Source: an uncultured Methylomonas sp. (GTDB lineage Bacteria; Pseudomonadota; Gammaproteobacteria; Methylococcales; Methylomonadaceae). Taken from it: DNA of 64,000 bases. The notes under the pieces were generated by a model. The model was not told where the DNA came from and did not search any database. It worked only from the letters and a program-made list of their open reading frames with translations. Shown here one piece after another: positions 28,579 to 38,157 of the stretch; position 1 is the first letter of the stretch, and every line of letters begins with the position of its first letter. Location: assembly GCA_936941155.1 (NCBI GenBank), contig CAKZJE010000047.1:11154-75153 (forward strand), given 5' to 3'. Position numbers and translations under genes: made by a program.

Positions 28579-29175
28579 ATGCAAACAACCATTAAAGTCT
28601 GGGATATTCCCTTGCGCATTTTTCATTGGCTGCTGGTGGCAGGGTTTAGCGTCGCTTATATTACCGAAGAAGATTTTTTAAACATCCATATTTGGGCTGG
28701 TTATCTAGTTATCGGACTGCTGGTTTTTCGCCTGATTTGGGGATTTATTGGCAACGAATATTCCCAATTTAAAAACTTTCTATGCAGTCCAGCGGAAAGT
28801 TTTGCCTATTTCACACAAGTATTAACCCGCACCAACAAACGCTATATTGGACACAATCCTGCTGGAGCAGCCATGATTGTGATGATGTTGGTGAGTATTT
28901 TAATCACATCGCTCACAGGTTTAGTATTGCTGGAAGTCATTTCAATTCCGATTGGCGCACAAATCAATTCTGCGTTTTTAAAGTGGATTATGGAATCAGG
29001 TTACGGTCATTCTGTCGAAGAAATTCACGAGTTTTTTGCCAATTTCAGTGTGCTTTTAGTTGTAGCGCATATTGCGGGTGTGGTTTTTGAGAGTATTTCA
29101 CACAAAGAAAACCTAGGCAGAGCCATGATGACAGGCGAAAAACGCAGTGAAGACGCTCCTTCTGATGGCGCATAG
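28579..29175 (+). CDS. Cytochrome b561-family protein (CybB-like)
   Basis: It has four TM helices with conserved His (RIFHWLL, IHIWAGY, VAHIAG). Confidence 0.7.
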   Translation: MQTTIKVWDIPLRIFHWLLVAGFSVAYITEEDFLNIHIWAGYLVIGLLVFRLIWGFIGNEYSQFKNFLCSPAESFAYFTQVLTRTNKRYIGHNPAGAAMIVMMLVSILITSLTGLVLLEVISIPIGAQINSAFLKWIMESGYGHSVEEIHEFFANFSVLLVVAHIAGVVFESISHKENLGRAMMTGEKRSEDAPSDGA

Positions 29176-29261
29176 GTTTCAAGGTATTAAAAACACGGGA
29201 GGTCAGGCTTTGCCTGACAGGGCAAGCAAAGCTTGCACTCCAGAACTTTAGTTTAACTACT

Positions 29262-29372
29262 TAGGAACGAGTACAAATCAACTTAGGCAAGTTTGTTTTT
29301 AAAATCGCTGAGGTCAGGACTGGCAGTCCTTTAAGGACTGCCAGTCCTAAAGTTGCCGAGTTTATTTTGTGC
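29262..29372. repeat. ~110-bp repeat family R4, copy 2
   Basis: It is about 90% identical to 18332-18442 and is preceded by a separate hairpin at 29200-29240. Confidence 0.6.
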
Positions 29373-29421
29373 GCATTCCTTATATATTTCTTTTGTTTAA
29401 ATACGCACTACCGAAAATACT

Positions 29422-30435
29422 ATGAAAATTTGGTTTAACAAAAACTTCTCCAGTGTTGCGTTTATTCTGGCTTCATTACAAAAAAACAGCGCGGTTACAA
29501 CGCTTTTTTCACACACTCACGCCGTTGCACATCAGCATTTAGCCGATGAATTTATTTATGAACCCGAAAACGCGCCCGATTATCTGACGTTTTGTTTAAA
29601 CACTTGCCAGCAATATCAAGTGGATGTTTTTTATCCTTGGCGGCATTTTGCGTTGCTGTATCCGCATAGACACCGATTTTCGGAGTTAGGTGTGAAAGTT
29701 ATTTTTCCTTGCTCAGATGTTGCGTTTACTTTGCTTGATAACAAAGCCTTGTTTTATCGGCATTTAGCAGAAAAACAGATTGCCGTGCGGATGCCGTTGT
29801 TTGCGACCGCAAGTTCAAAAAAAGAATTTATTTCACAATATCAATCGCTTAGAAAAAGCACAGATAAACTTTGCATGAAACCGAGTGTGTCGATTTATGC
29901 AGCGGGTTTTAAAATTATTCACGATGAACCTGATTATGATGCGTGGAAAGCCTTGATTCATGGCAAAGATCAATATGAAATCGCTTATTCGCAGTTATTA
30001 GGGGTGTTGCCGGATGATTTTTCAAAAGAAATGATGCTGTTGGATTTTTTGGCAGGTGATGAATATAGCCACGATATTTTGTGCCATGCGGGAAAAATTA
30101 TCGCAGGCACAATTCGGCAAAAACATAATGAGCATGAAAAATATCAATCGTTGATTGCCTACCCTGAAATTGTGCAAATGAGCGAATTGTTGGTTGCGGA
30201 GTTTAATTTGAGTGGATTTATTAATATTCAATATCGTGATGATAAACATGGAGTGCCATTTTTGTTGGAAATTAATCCGCGTATTTCCGGCGGTTTTCCC
30301 AAAATTGTGTTGGCGGGGATTGATTATGTCGATTTGTTTGTGAAGATGGTGAGCGGGCAAACAATTTGTGCTGCGGACATTCAACAAGAGGTTGGGGTGA
30401 AGGTGGGGAAAAGTTCGGATTATGTGAAGGTTTAA
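29422..30435 (+). CDS. ATP-grasp-fold enzyme
   Basis: The C-terminal FINIQYRDDKHGVPFLLEINPRISGG is typical of an ATP-grasp Mg/ATP-binding loop. Confidence 0.6.
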   Translation: MKIWFNKNFSSVAFILASLQKNSAVTTLFSHTHAVAHQHLADEFIYEPENAPDYLTFCLNTCQQYQVDVFYPWRHFALLYPHRHRFSELGVKVIFPCSDVAFTLLDNKALFYRHLAEKQIAVRMPLFATASSKKEFISQYQSLRKSTDKLCMKPSVSIYAAGFKIIHDEPDYDAWKALIHGKDQYEIAYSQLLGVLPDDFSKEMMLLDFLAGDEYSHDILCHAGKIIAGTIRQKHNEHEKYQSLIAYPEIVQMSELLVAEFNLSGFINIQYRDDKHGVPFLLEINPRISGGFPKIVLAGIDYVDLFVKMVSGQTICAADIQQEVGVKVGKSSDYVKV

Positions 30436-30604
30436 TTAAAAGCAAAGTTCGTTTTTTTGCTGTGCTAGCTACGTCAGCTGATGAGATTTAGCGTTATATA
30501 AAACCTTGATTTGGAAATATTATTTTTTATACCTAAGTAATATTTTGGTAACAATCATTGCGCATAATCTGAAGGCTTTTAAATCTAACTCTTGGGATTT
30601 TATA

Positions 30605-31981
30605 ATGACTAAAAAACTTCTTTCTTGTGTATTGCCTTTATTAATGGCAACTTCTGTGGCACATGCTGAAATTAAATTGATTGCGGTAGGTCAAGTAGAT
30701 GGCAGTTATCGTGATTTATCCGTAAGAACAGCGGCTCCGCTGGAAAATGGCACTATTGGAAATATTTTGGGTGGCGTAGGCTCAGGCTTAGCGTATGCAG
30801 GCGGCAATATTTTTATCGCTTTACCTGATCGCGGTCCAAATGCAACAGCTTACGATGCAACACGCGACGATACAACATCGTATATCAACCGTTTCCAAAC
30901 GTTTGATTTATCATTATCTGCGAATCCTAATTACAACGCCGCAGTTGTAGGCTCAATGCCTTTTCTTTTGTCACCACAATTAACGGCAACAACGCTGTTA
31001 TCAAGTGCTGCACAGTTAAACTACGGTGTTAATGGTGCTCCTAAATGGAACACAGCGAGCAAAAATTATTACACAGGTCGTTCTGACGGTTTTAATCCTG
31101 CACTGAATTCAACAAATCCAAACAATGCACGTCTTGACCCTGAAGGTGTTCGGGTTTCAAACGATGGAAAAAGTGTTTTTATTTCTGACGAATACGGCCC
31201 TTATGTTTACCAATTTAGTCGTGCGACAGGACAATTGATTAAGTCATTTAAATTACCTGATCATTTTGCAGTGACTAACTTACGCTCTTTTGAAAAAAAT
31301 GCGGATGGTGAAATTGCGATGAATACAGCAGGCAGAACCAGTAACAAAGGGATGGAAGGTTTAGCGATTACGCCAGACGGCTTAACATTAGTCGGCGTTA
31401 TGCAAGCAAACTTAATTCAAGATACTAAAAAATACATCCGTATTGTGACTATTGATATTGCAACAGGCACAACCCATGAATACGCTTATTTGCTGACAGA
31501 CGGTTCTGGTCTGAGTGAAATTGTTGCGATTAATAATCACGAATTTTTAGTGGATGAACGCGATGGCGCGGGTTTAGGCGATGGCAGTGCTGCTGTTGTG
31601 AAAAAACTGTTTAAAATTGATTTAGCGACTGCAACAGATGTAAGTGCAGTGACTAAAATTGACGCTACAACACCTTTAGTTGCCAAAACTTTATTTTTAG
31701 ATGTTGTTGCAGCATTAACTGCCAACGGAATCAGTGCAACTGAAGTGCCTGCTAAAATTGAAGCGGTTGCTTTTGGCCCTGATGTAAGAATGGGTAACAA
31801 AATTAAGCACACACTTTTTATTGCTAACGACAATGATTTTTTACCAACAGCGGTTACACCAACAGGTGCTGTTGCAAATCCTAACAAATTTTTTGTTTTC
31901 ACTGTTGATAAAACCGATTTACCAACATTTGTACCACAAAAAATTGCCCCACTTTTAATCGACAAACATGATCGTGGCTAA
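30605..31981 (+). CDS. Secreted hypothetical protein, possibly esterase-like-activity-of-phytase/beta-propeller family
   Basis: It has the signal peptide MTKKLLSCVLPLLMATSVAHA and an NKGMEGLAITPDG-type motif. The function assignment is weak. Confidence 0.35.
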   Translation: MTKKLLSCVLPLLMATSVAHAEIKLIAVGQVDGSYRDLSVRTAAPLENGTIGNILGGVGSGLAYAGGNIFIALPDRGPNATAYDATRDDTTSYINRFQTFDLSLSANPNYNAAVVGSMPFLLSPQLTATTLLSSAAQLNYGVNGAPKWNTASKNYYTGRSDGFNPALNSTNPNNARLDPEGVRVSNDGKSVFISDEYGPYVYQFSRATGQLIKSFKLPDHFAVTNLRSFEKNADGEIAMNTAGRTSNKGMEGLAITPDGLTLVGVMQANLIQDTKKYIRIVTIDIATGTTHEYAYLLTDGSGLSEIVAINNHEFLVDERDGAGLGDGSAAVVKKLFKIDLATATDVSAVTKIDATTPLVAKTLFLDVVAALTANGISATEVPAKIEAVAFGPDVRMGNKIKHTLFIANDNDFLPTAVTPTGAVANPNKFFVFTVDKTDLPTFVPQKIAPLLIDKHDRG

Positions 31982-32120
31982 GTAATGGCTTGTTAAAAAT
32001 CTTTGCAACTAATCAGGCAAAGAATAAGTTCTCTGACAGTGGCTTTAGGAGTACAAACGTTGCGTTTGTACTCCTTTTTTTTACCTAAAAATTTTTTTGA
32101 ATTTAATTAGTTGAGGCAAA

Positions 32121-32158
32121 AATTTTCAAGACGACTGGTCGTTTTGAAAAAATGCTGG
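32121..32158. repeat. Palindromic element family R1
   Basis: aaattttcaagacgactggtcgttttgaaaaaatgctgg. Confidence 0.6.
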
Positions 32159-32235
32159 AATTTAAAGCTTACAAATTTAAAAATTGCACGATGATATATT
32201 ATTGGAATTTCCCCCGCGTTGTTGTCACTGCCGTG

Positions 32236-33069
32236 TTATCGCTGCACATACACCGCGCCTTGAAATTGCACTTCTTTAAATTCTTTTCGATTGCCCCACA
32301 GCGATTCGGTTGCGCCGACTAATAACGCCCCCTCCGGCGTGAGCATTTTCACCATTGCTGATAAAACTTTGCTGCGCACATCCGCAGAAAAATAAATCGT
32401 CACATTGCGGCACAAAATCAAATCGAAACGACCTAAATGTGAAAAATCGCGGGTCAAATTAATATTTGCAAAATGCACCCGCAGACGAATATTAGGTCGC
32501 AACACCCATAAATTTTGCCCTTGATGCTCAAAATATTTATTGCGGCGCGTTAGCGATAAACCGCGATTAATCTCAAAATCGTTATAACGCGCATGGCGGG
32601 CTGTTTCTAAAGCCGCTTGTGAAATATCCATTGCGTGAATTGAAAAACAACGCGCTAAAGCAGCGGCGTTTTGGCGTTGGCACATTTCATCAATCAACAT
32701 CGCCAGCGAATAAGCCTCTTGCCCTGTGGAACAGCCGGCAATCCATATTCTAATTTCTTGCGCCCCTTTTTCGAGTTTTTTGAACAACGCCGGCAAAATG
32801 GATTTTTCCAAAGCATTCCAGCAAGAATCATCACGAAACCACAAGGTTTCGTTTGTGGTCATTAAATTAATCACCGTAGGCAGCAGTCTTTCGGGTTCAA
32901 ATTGCAAACGAGAAAACAATTGCCCAAAACTATGCAGCCCTAAACTGGTCGCAAAATCGCTTAAGCGCGTTTGCACTAAATAATCCTGATCGTCTTGCAA
33001 ATTGATGCCGCATTGCTCTTTTAAGAGTTGGCTAATTTGTCTAAATTCGTGTTTAGTAATTGCTTGCAT
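32236..33069 (-). CDS. cheR: Chemotaxis protein methyltransferase
   Basis: It has CheR N- and C-terminal domains (SAM-binding GCSTGQEAYS). Confidence 0.85.
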   Translation of the reverse strand: MQAITKHEFRQISQLLKEQCGINLQDDQDYLVQTRLSDFATSLGLHSFGQLFSRLQFEPERLLPTVINLMTTNETLWFRDDSCWNALEKSILPALFKKLEKGAQEIRIWIAGCSTGQEAYSLAMLIDEMCQRQNAAALARCFSIHAMDISQAALETARHARYNDFEINRGLSLTRRNKYFEHQGQNLWVLRPNIRLRVHFANINLTRDFSHLGRFDLILCRNVTIYFSADVRSKVLSAMVKMLTPEGALLVGATESLWGNRKEFKEVQFQGAVYVQR

Positions 33070-33078
33070 ACGTCAGTT

Positions 33079-34185
33079 TTATAAAGTTAATTGGTTGATG
33101 CGGTTGCCAAGCTCGTTTAACGAAACGACTTCATCGGCTAATCCTGCTTCAAAAACACTGCCGGGCATTCCCCAAACCACTGAAGAATCTTGGTCTTGCA
33201 CCAAACATTTCGCGCCGTTGCGTTTTAACATCCGCACGCCTTCTGTGCCGTCGCGTCCCATGCCTGTCATCACCACCGCTAAGATATTGCCGTTAAACGT
33301 GGCTGCGACTGAGCGAAATAATACATCAACAGAAGGGCGGCAATTATTCACGGGCGGGGTTTCATTCACAGCCAAACAGTAATCGCCATCAAGATGGCTG
33401 CGTAACACTAAATGTTTGCCACCGGGCGCAATATAAATTCGACCGGGCAGTAGTTTTTCGCCACCTTTAGCTTCGCTGACTTGCAGCGGGGTTTCTTCAT
33501 TGAGTTTTTTGGCTAAAGATTCGGTAAACATTGGTGGCATGTGTTGCACAATGATAATCGGGCAGGGCATGGCGGGATTGAGTTTTGGAATTAATTGATC
33601 CAAGGCTTTCGGGCCGCCGGTGGAAACTCCAATCACGATTAAGTCAATTTTGCCTTTGCGACTGCGCAAGGGCTGTGCAGTTGTTTCAACAATTCTTTGG
33701 CGTGCGACAAGGGTAGGTGTTGCTGTTTGCAGAGTTTCCGTGCGCAGCGGAGGAGTGCGACTCAATAAGGCATATTTTTTAGTCTGCACCAGACTAATCA
33801 AAGGCTGTAGATAATTGACTAATTCAGCAATTCCTTGTTCTGGACTGCTGACTTTAGGTTTTGCCACAAAATCTAACGCGCCGATTTGTAATGAGCGCAA
33901 AGTTTCGCGACTGCTTTTCAAATCAAAGCTGCTAATCATAATCGCTTCAATCGCAGGATGCTGTTGTTTGATTTGCCGGAGTGTTTCCACGCCGTCCATG
34001 TCGGGCATTACCACATCCAACAACACTAAGTCAGGTTCTAACATATTGATTTTTCTAATAGCAATCTGTCCAGAAGCGGCTGTGCCAATACATTCTGCAT
34101 CTGCGATTTTGTCGATAACCGACATCAAAATTTGTCTATAGCTAATACTGTCATCGACAACGAGAACTTTTACTTTGTCATTCAT
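33079..34185 (-). CDS. cheB: Protein-glutamate methylesterase/response regulator
   Basis: It has an N-terminal receiver (VLVVDDS...DVVMPDMDG) and a CheB methylesterase domain (GVSTGGP, MTGMGRDG). Confidence 0.9.
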   Translation of the reverse strand: MNDKVKVLVVDDSISYRQILMSVIDKIADAECIGTAASGQIAIRKINMLEPDLVLLDVVMPDMDGVETLRQIKQQHPAIEAIMISSFDLKSSRETLRSLQIGALDFVAKPKVSSPEQGIAELVNYLQPLISLVQTKKYALLSRTPPLRTETLQTATPTLVARQRIVETTAQPLRSRKGKIDLIVIGVSTGGPKALDQLIPKLNPAMPCPIIIVQHMPPMFTESLAKKLNEETPLQVSEAKGGEKLLPGRIYIAPGGKHLVLRSHLDGDYCLAVNETPPVNNCRPSVDVLFRSVAATFNGNILAVVMTGMGRDGTEGVRMLKRNGAKCLVQDQDSSVVWGMPGSVFEAGLADEVVSLNELGNRINQLTL

Positions 34186-34271
34186 TATTTAAGTGAGGGA
34201 GGGGCGAGAAAACAAATAGTTTTGAGGTGAACAGGATGAATTTGTGTGGGCGATTAAGCAAAAACAGTTTT

Positions 34272-34340
34272 TTGTAGGTTCGGATTTATCCGAACAATGC
34301 GAAAAATGCGATTAATGCGAATAAATTCGCCCCTACAAAA
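34272..34340. repeat. MITE-like element family R3, full copy (TIR tttgtagg / cctacaaa, internal hairpins)
   Basis: ttgtaggttcggatttatccgaacaatgcgaaaaatgcgattaatgcgaataaattcgcccctacaaaa. Confidence 0.6.
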
Positions 34341-34407
34341 ATAAAAATTATTTTTCAATAGCTTAGGTGTATTTATTTGCGTGGAGACGCGATTAATCGC
34401 ATCGCTA

Positions 34408-34923
34408 CTAATCTTTTAATTTGAAGCTTTCATTTTTTAAATTGCAAACACAATTAATTAACTGCTCAATTGCAAGAATAATAATAAATTGGTTTTGTTG
34501 TTGAATCATGCCGGAAATAAACTCTTCTTTTTCATTCGCGACATTTGGCAAGGGCGGCAAAATTTCTTTTTCCTCCACATTCAATGTTTCGCCCATTTTA
34601 TCAACCAAAATTGCCAGCGGGTCTTTAATCGCAATCTCGGTATTAAAAGTTTTGCGGGTTAATTTATTCAGCCGCGTTAATTCCGCTTTGGTTTTTAAAA
34701 TAATCAAGGCGCGTTGCGCTAACGGCACATTGGTTTTTTGCTCTAAAAAAAACTGCGGATCCATCACGGTTAAAATCTGTCCGCGCAAATTCATAATCCC
34801 AATTAAATATTCAGGAGCTTCAGGCACGGGGCTGACTTCATGCAGCCGCCCAATTTCTTTGGCTAATAAAATATCAATCGCATAACGCTCTGATCCTAAA
34901 TAAAAACTGATAAATTGGCGCAT
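34408..34923 (-). CDS. cheW: Chemotaxis coupling protein
   Basis: It is a single CheW-like domain of 171 aa. Confidence 0.85.
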   Translation of the reverse strand: MRQFISFYLGSERYAIDILLAKEIGRLHEVSPVPEAPEYLIGIMNLRGQILTVMDPQFFLEQKTNVPLAQRALIILKTKAELTRLNKLTRKTFNTEIAIKDPLAILVDKMGETLNVEEKEILPPLPNVANEKEEFISGMIQQQNQFIIILAIEQLINCVCNLKNESFKLKD

Positions 34924-34953
34924 GTTTTCTTCCTGTGTGTAAATCTGTCGAAT

Positions 34954-37900
34954 TTATTCTGAATAACGTGCCAATGTTTTTAGCACCAGCTCTTTGTCCA
35001 ATTTAACCAGCCATTCATTAAATCCGGCTTTTTTTCCATCTGCGATGGTTTGTTCATCATTCAAGGTGGTCAAGGCAATCACAGGCAATTTATCCCAACG
35101 TGGATTGGCGCGAATATTTTTCACCATTTCTCGCCCGTCCATAATCGGCATTTCTATATCACTTAACACCAAATCAAAATCCTGCTGATGCAGCGTATCT
35201 AAGCCTTCGCGTCCATTGTTTGCGGTGGTGACTTTATACCCGCCCGCCTCGATACACTCTTTGATCACTTTCATAAAAAATGGCGTATCTTCCACTAATA
35301 AAATATGTTTGTTTTTAGCTTTTTCAGCATTGATTTCTAGTTTTTCCACGCTATCTGGCTCGCCGGCTTCTAAAATACTGTGCAAATCTAACATCAAGGT
35401 GATTTTTCCATCTAACAGCATTGAGCCTAAAATACCGGAGTTTTTCATGGCGGTATTTTCCAGTTTGATGACCGCGCTTTTGGTATCAACAACCCGATTA
35501 ATCAATAGCGCGACCGGAATTTTTGTGCGTTTAGGGATAATAATATTGGCAATTGCTTCATAATTATTGGGTTTTTGCACCGGCAAGCAGTTTTCTAAGC
35601 GCAATAAACGCATTTGTTCGCCGCGATATTCAATGTATTCATTGCCAGCTATAAATTGAATTCGCCTAACATCCAAACTATCAATCCTCCGAATCCACGA
35701 CAGTGCTAGGGCAAAATGTTCTTCAGTGTTATTGTCAAAAATCAATAACGATTGCGGCTCTTGCTCCACTTTGCGTTGCTGTGAGGAGCTGTTATTGTCT
35801 TTTTGCAGCTCTGTGTAAGTGAGTTGATTTTTATGGATATAGCCTTGTACATCAATAATCATGGCAATTGCACCATCACCTAAAATACTAGTGCCGGAAA
35901 AGTTTTTCACCTGCCGGAAATATTCGGGCATTGGTTTGACCACAATTTCTTCACTGCCTAAAATTTGATCAACGATGACGGCTACGCGATTATTTTCTGC
36001 TTTAATAATCAAAATATATAAAGGATTTTCGATACTTAGCTGAGGATTTTCTTCAGTGGCGGTAATCATATTTAAACTTTCTGCCAAAGAAATCAGCGGT
36101 AGAAAACTTCCGCGTAGCGATAACATTCGTTGCCCGCGCACTTTTCCCACTTGTTTGGCGTAATCATCGGCTTCTAACAGCACCATTTCTTCTAAATTGC
36201 TTTGTGGAAAAGCAAAACGGCAATTTTGTACGCTGACAATCAGGGCAGAAATAATCGCCATTGTTAGCGGGAGCGTCATTGTGATGCTGCTCCATTTGCC
36301 TAATTGCGAGTTAATGTCGATGCTGCCGCCAATTTGTTCAATATTGGTTTTCACCACATCCATGCCAATGCCGCGTCCTGAGACGGAGGAAACCGTTTTG
36401 GCAGTGGAAAATCCGGGCGTGAAGATTAAATTCATTTTTTCTTTCGCGCTCATTTTTTCCATGATGTCGGCGGTGATAATGCCGCTTTCTAAGGCTTTGT
36501 GCGCAATGAAATCGGGGTCAATACCTTTGCCGTCATCACTGAATTGAATCACGACTTGCCCGCTTTCATGGAAGGCTTTTTGCAAAATCGTGCCGCACGG
36601 CGGTTTGCCTTGTTTAATCCGTTCTTGTGGCGTTTCGATGCCGTGATCTGCCATATTTCGAATAATATGAGTGACAGGATCACTTAACGATTCAATAATG
36701 GTTTTGTCTAATTCAACATCCGCGCCTTCTGTAACCAGCTCTATTTGTTTGCCTAAATCTTTTTCTAACTGTCTGATTAAACGAGGGAATTTATTAAAAA
36801 TTACCCCGATAGGCTGCATTCGTGTGCCCATAATTTCTTCCTGCATTTCAGTGGTAATGCGGTTGAAATTATGCAAAATTACTTTTAAGCCGGGGGTTTG
36901 CACAATCAGCGGTTCACAGAGTCTAAACACTTGATTACGAACTAAAACTAATTCGCCTGCTAAATCAATCAGTTTATTGAGACGTTTTACATGCACCCGA
37001 ATGGTTTCTTCCGTTTCGGAGTGACTAATAATGGCAGGTTCTTCTTCAATAATGGGCTTAGCAAGAGAGGTTGTCGCAGGAGGTGACGGAATGGACGTTA
37101 GGTTTTCGGTGCTTTGTGTGGCGACCGCAACTGTTTCTTCTATTGCGGCATTGTGTTCGCTTTCGTGGGCATCTAGGTTTTTCAGTTGCTTTAGGCGATG
37201 ACATAATTGCTCAATATCAATGCCGTTATCGCCTTGATGTTGTTCAATTAATTGAATTAAACAGTCATAGCCTTCCAGCAAGGTATCAATATATTTTCCT
37301 TCCATCACCACTTGCGCGGCTTTTGCCAACGCGAGAATATCTTCCATGATGTGCGTGAGGCGCGAGATTTTTTCCAAGCCTAAAAAACTTGCGCCGCCTT
37401 TAATGGTATGCACATTGCGAAACAACTCATTGAGTTGCTGCATATTGCCGGGATTCGCTTCCAATGCGAGCAACGCGGTTTCTATGCGTGGCACACATTC
37501 CCGCGCTTCTTCAATAAAACTGCTTAATAAATCATGTTGTGCGAGTTTTTCTTCCTCTGAAAATTCATTTTCAGAAAAAACAAAAGGATTCAGATTGGCT
37601 TGGTTTTTAAAATCGGTAAAGTTTTCTTGCTGATTGATTGGCGTAGTTTCAGGAAAGTCATCCTGTTCTTCAATGAATTCTGGCTCAGAAAATTCGTTAG
37701 AGGGTTCAAAAAACTCAGCTTCGCTACGATGGGATTCTGCTATTTGTGCAAAGGCATTGAAATGCTCATTAGGGCGTTCAATGAGCTGATTGAGTTTCTG
37801 GCATTCCTGTTCTACATTGATATTATTACTGTTTTGCGGATCATCAATCATTTGCACCAGTCGGTCTTGACTGGACAGCAGCACATCAATATGTTGGTGG

Positions 37901-38148
37901 GTGAGCTGTAATTTGTTGCTGCGAGCTAGCGACAATAAGCTTTCCATGCTATGCGATAAGGTGCTGATATTGTGCAAGCCAAAAAAACCCGCGCCGCCTT
38001 TGATGGTATGCACACTGCGAAATAATTCATTCAGTACGGTTTGCTCATCGGGTTTATTTTCCAAAGATAATAAACTTGCCTCAATCACAGGCAGATGTTC
38101 GCGCGCTTCCTCAATAAAGGAGTTGATTAAATCATCACTGTCGTCCAC
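34954..38148 (-). CDS. cheA: CheA-family hybrid histidine kinase with two N-terminal HPt domains, HATPase, CheW-like domain and C-terminal receiver (WspE/ChpA-like)
   Basis: Two HPt motifs are present (LFRSVHTIKGGAGFFGL and LFRNVHTIKGGASFLGL). It also has an HATPase_c domain, a CheW-like domain and a C-terminal REC (LLVEDTPF...LSDIEMPIMDG). Confidence 0.85.
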   Translation of the reverse strand: MDDSDDLINSFIEEAREHLPVIEASLLSLENKPDEQTVLNELFRSVHTIKGGAGFFGLHNISTLSHSMESLLSLARSNKLQLTHQHIDVLLSSQDRLVQMIDDPQNSNNINVEQECQKLNQLIERPNEHFNAFAQIAESHRSEAEFFEPSNEFSEPEFIEEQDDFPETTPINQQENFTDFKNQANLNPFVFSENEFSEEEKLAQHDLLSSFIEEARECVPRIETALLALEANPGNMQQLNELFRNVHTIKGGASFLGLEKISRLTHIMEDILALAKAAQVVMEGKYIDTLLEGYDCLIQLIEQHQGDNGIDIEQLCHRLKQLKNLDAHESEHNAAIEETVAVATQSTENLTSIPSPPATTSLAKPIIEEEPAIISHSETEETIRVHVKRLNKLIDLAGELVLVRNQVFRLCEPLIVQTPGLKVILHNFNRITTEMQEEIMGTRMQPIGVIFNKFPRLIRQLEKDLGKQIELVTEGADVELDKTIIESLSDPVTHIIRNMADHGIETPQERIKQGKPPCGTILQKAFHESGQVVIQFSDDGKGIDPDFIAHKALESGIITADIMEKMSAKEKMNLIFTPGFSTAKTVSSVSGRGIGMDVVKTNIEQIGGSIDINSQLGKWSSITMTLPLTMAIISALIVSVQNCRFAFPQSNLEEMVLLEADDYAKQVGKVRGQRMLSLRGSFLPLISLAESLNMITATEENPQLSIENPLYILIIKAENNRVAVIVDQILGSEEIVVKPMPEYFRQVKNFSGTSILGDGAIAMIIDVQGYIHKNQLTYTELQKDNNSSSQQRKVEQEPQSLLIFDNNTEEHFALALSWIRRIDSLDVRRIQFIAGNEYIEYRGEQMRLLRLENCLPVQKPNNYEAIANIIIPKRTKIPVALLINRVVDTKSAVIKLENTAMKNSGILGSMLLDGKITLMLDLHSILEAGEPDSVEKLEINAEKAKNKHILLVEDTPFFMKVIKECIEAGGYKVTTANNGREGLDTLHQQDFDLVLSDIEMPIMDGREMVKNIRANPRWDKLPVIALTTLNDEQTIADGKKAGFNEWLVKLDKELVLKTLARYSE

Positions 38149-38157
38149 GCATAACTC

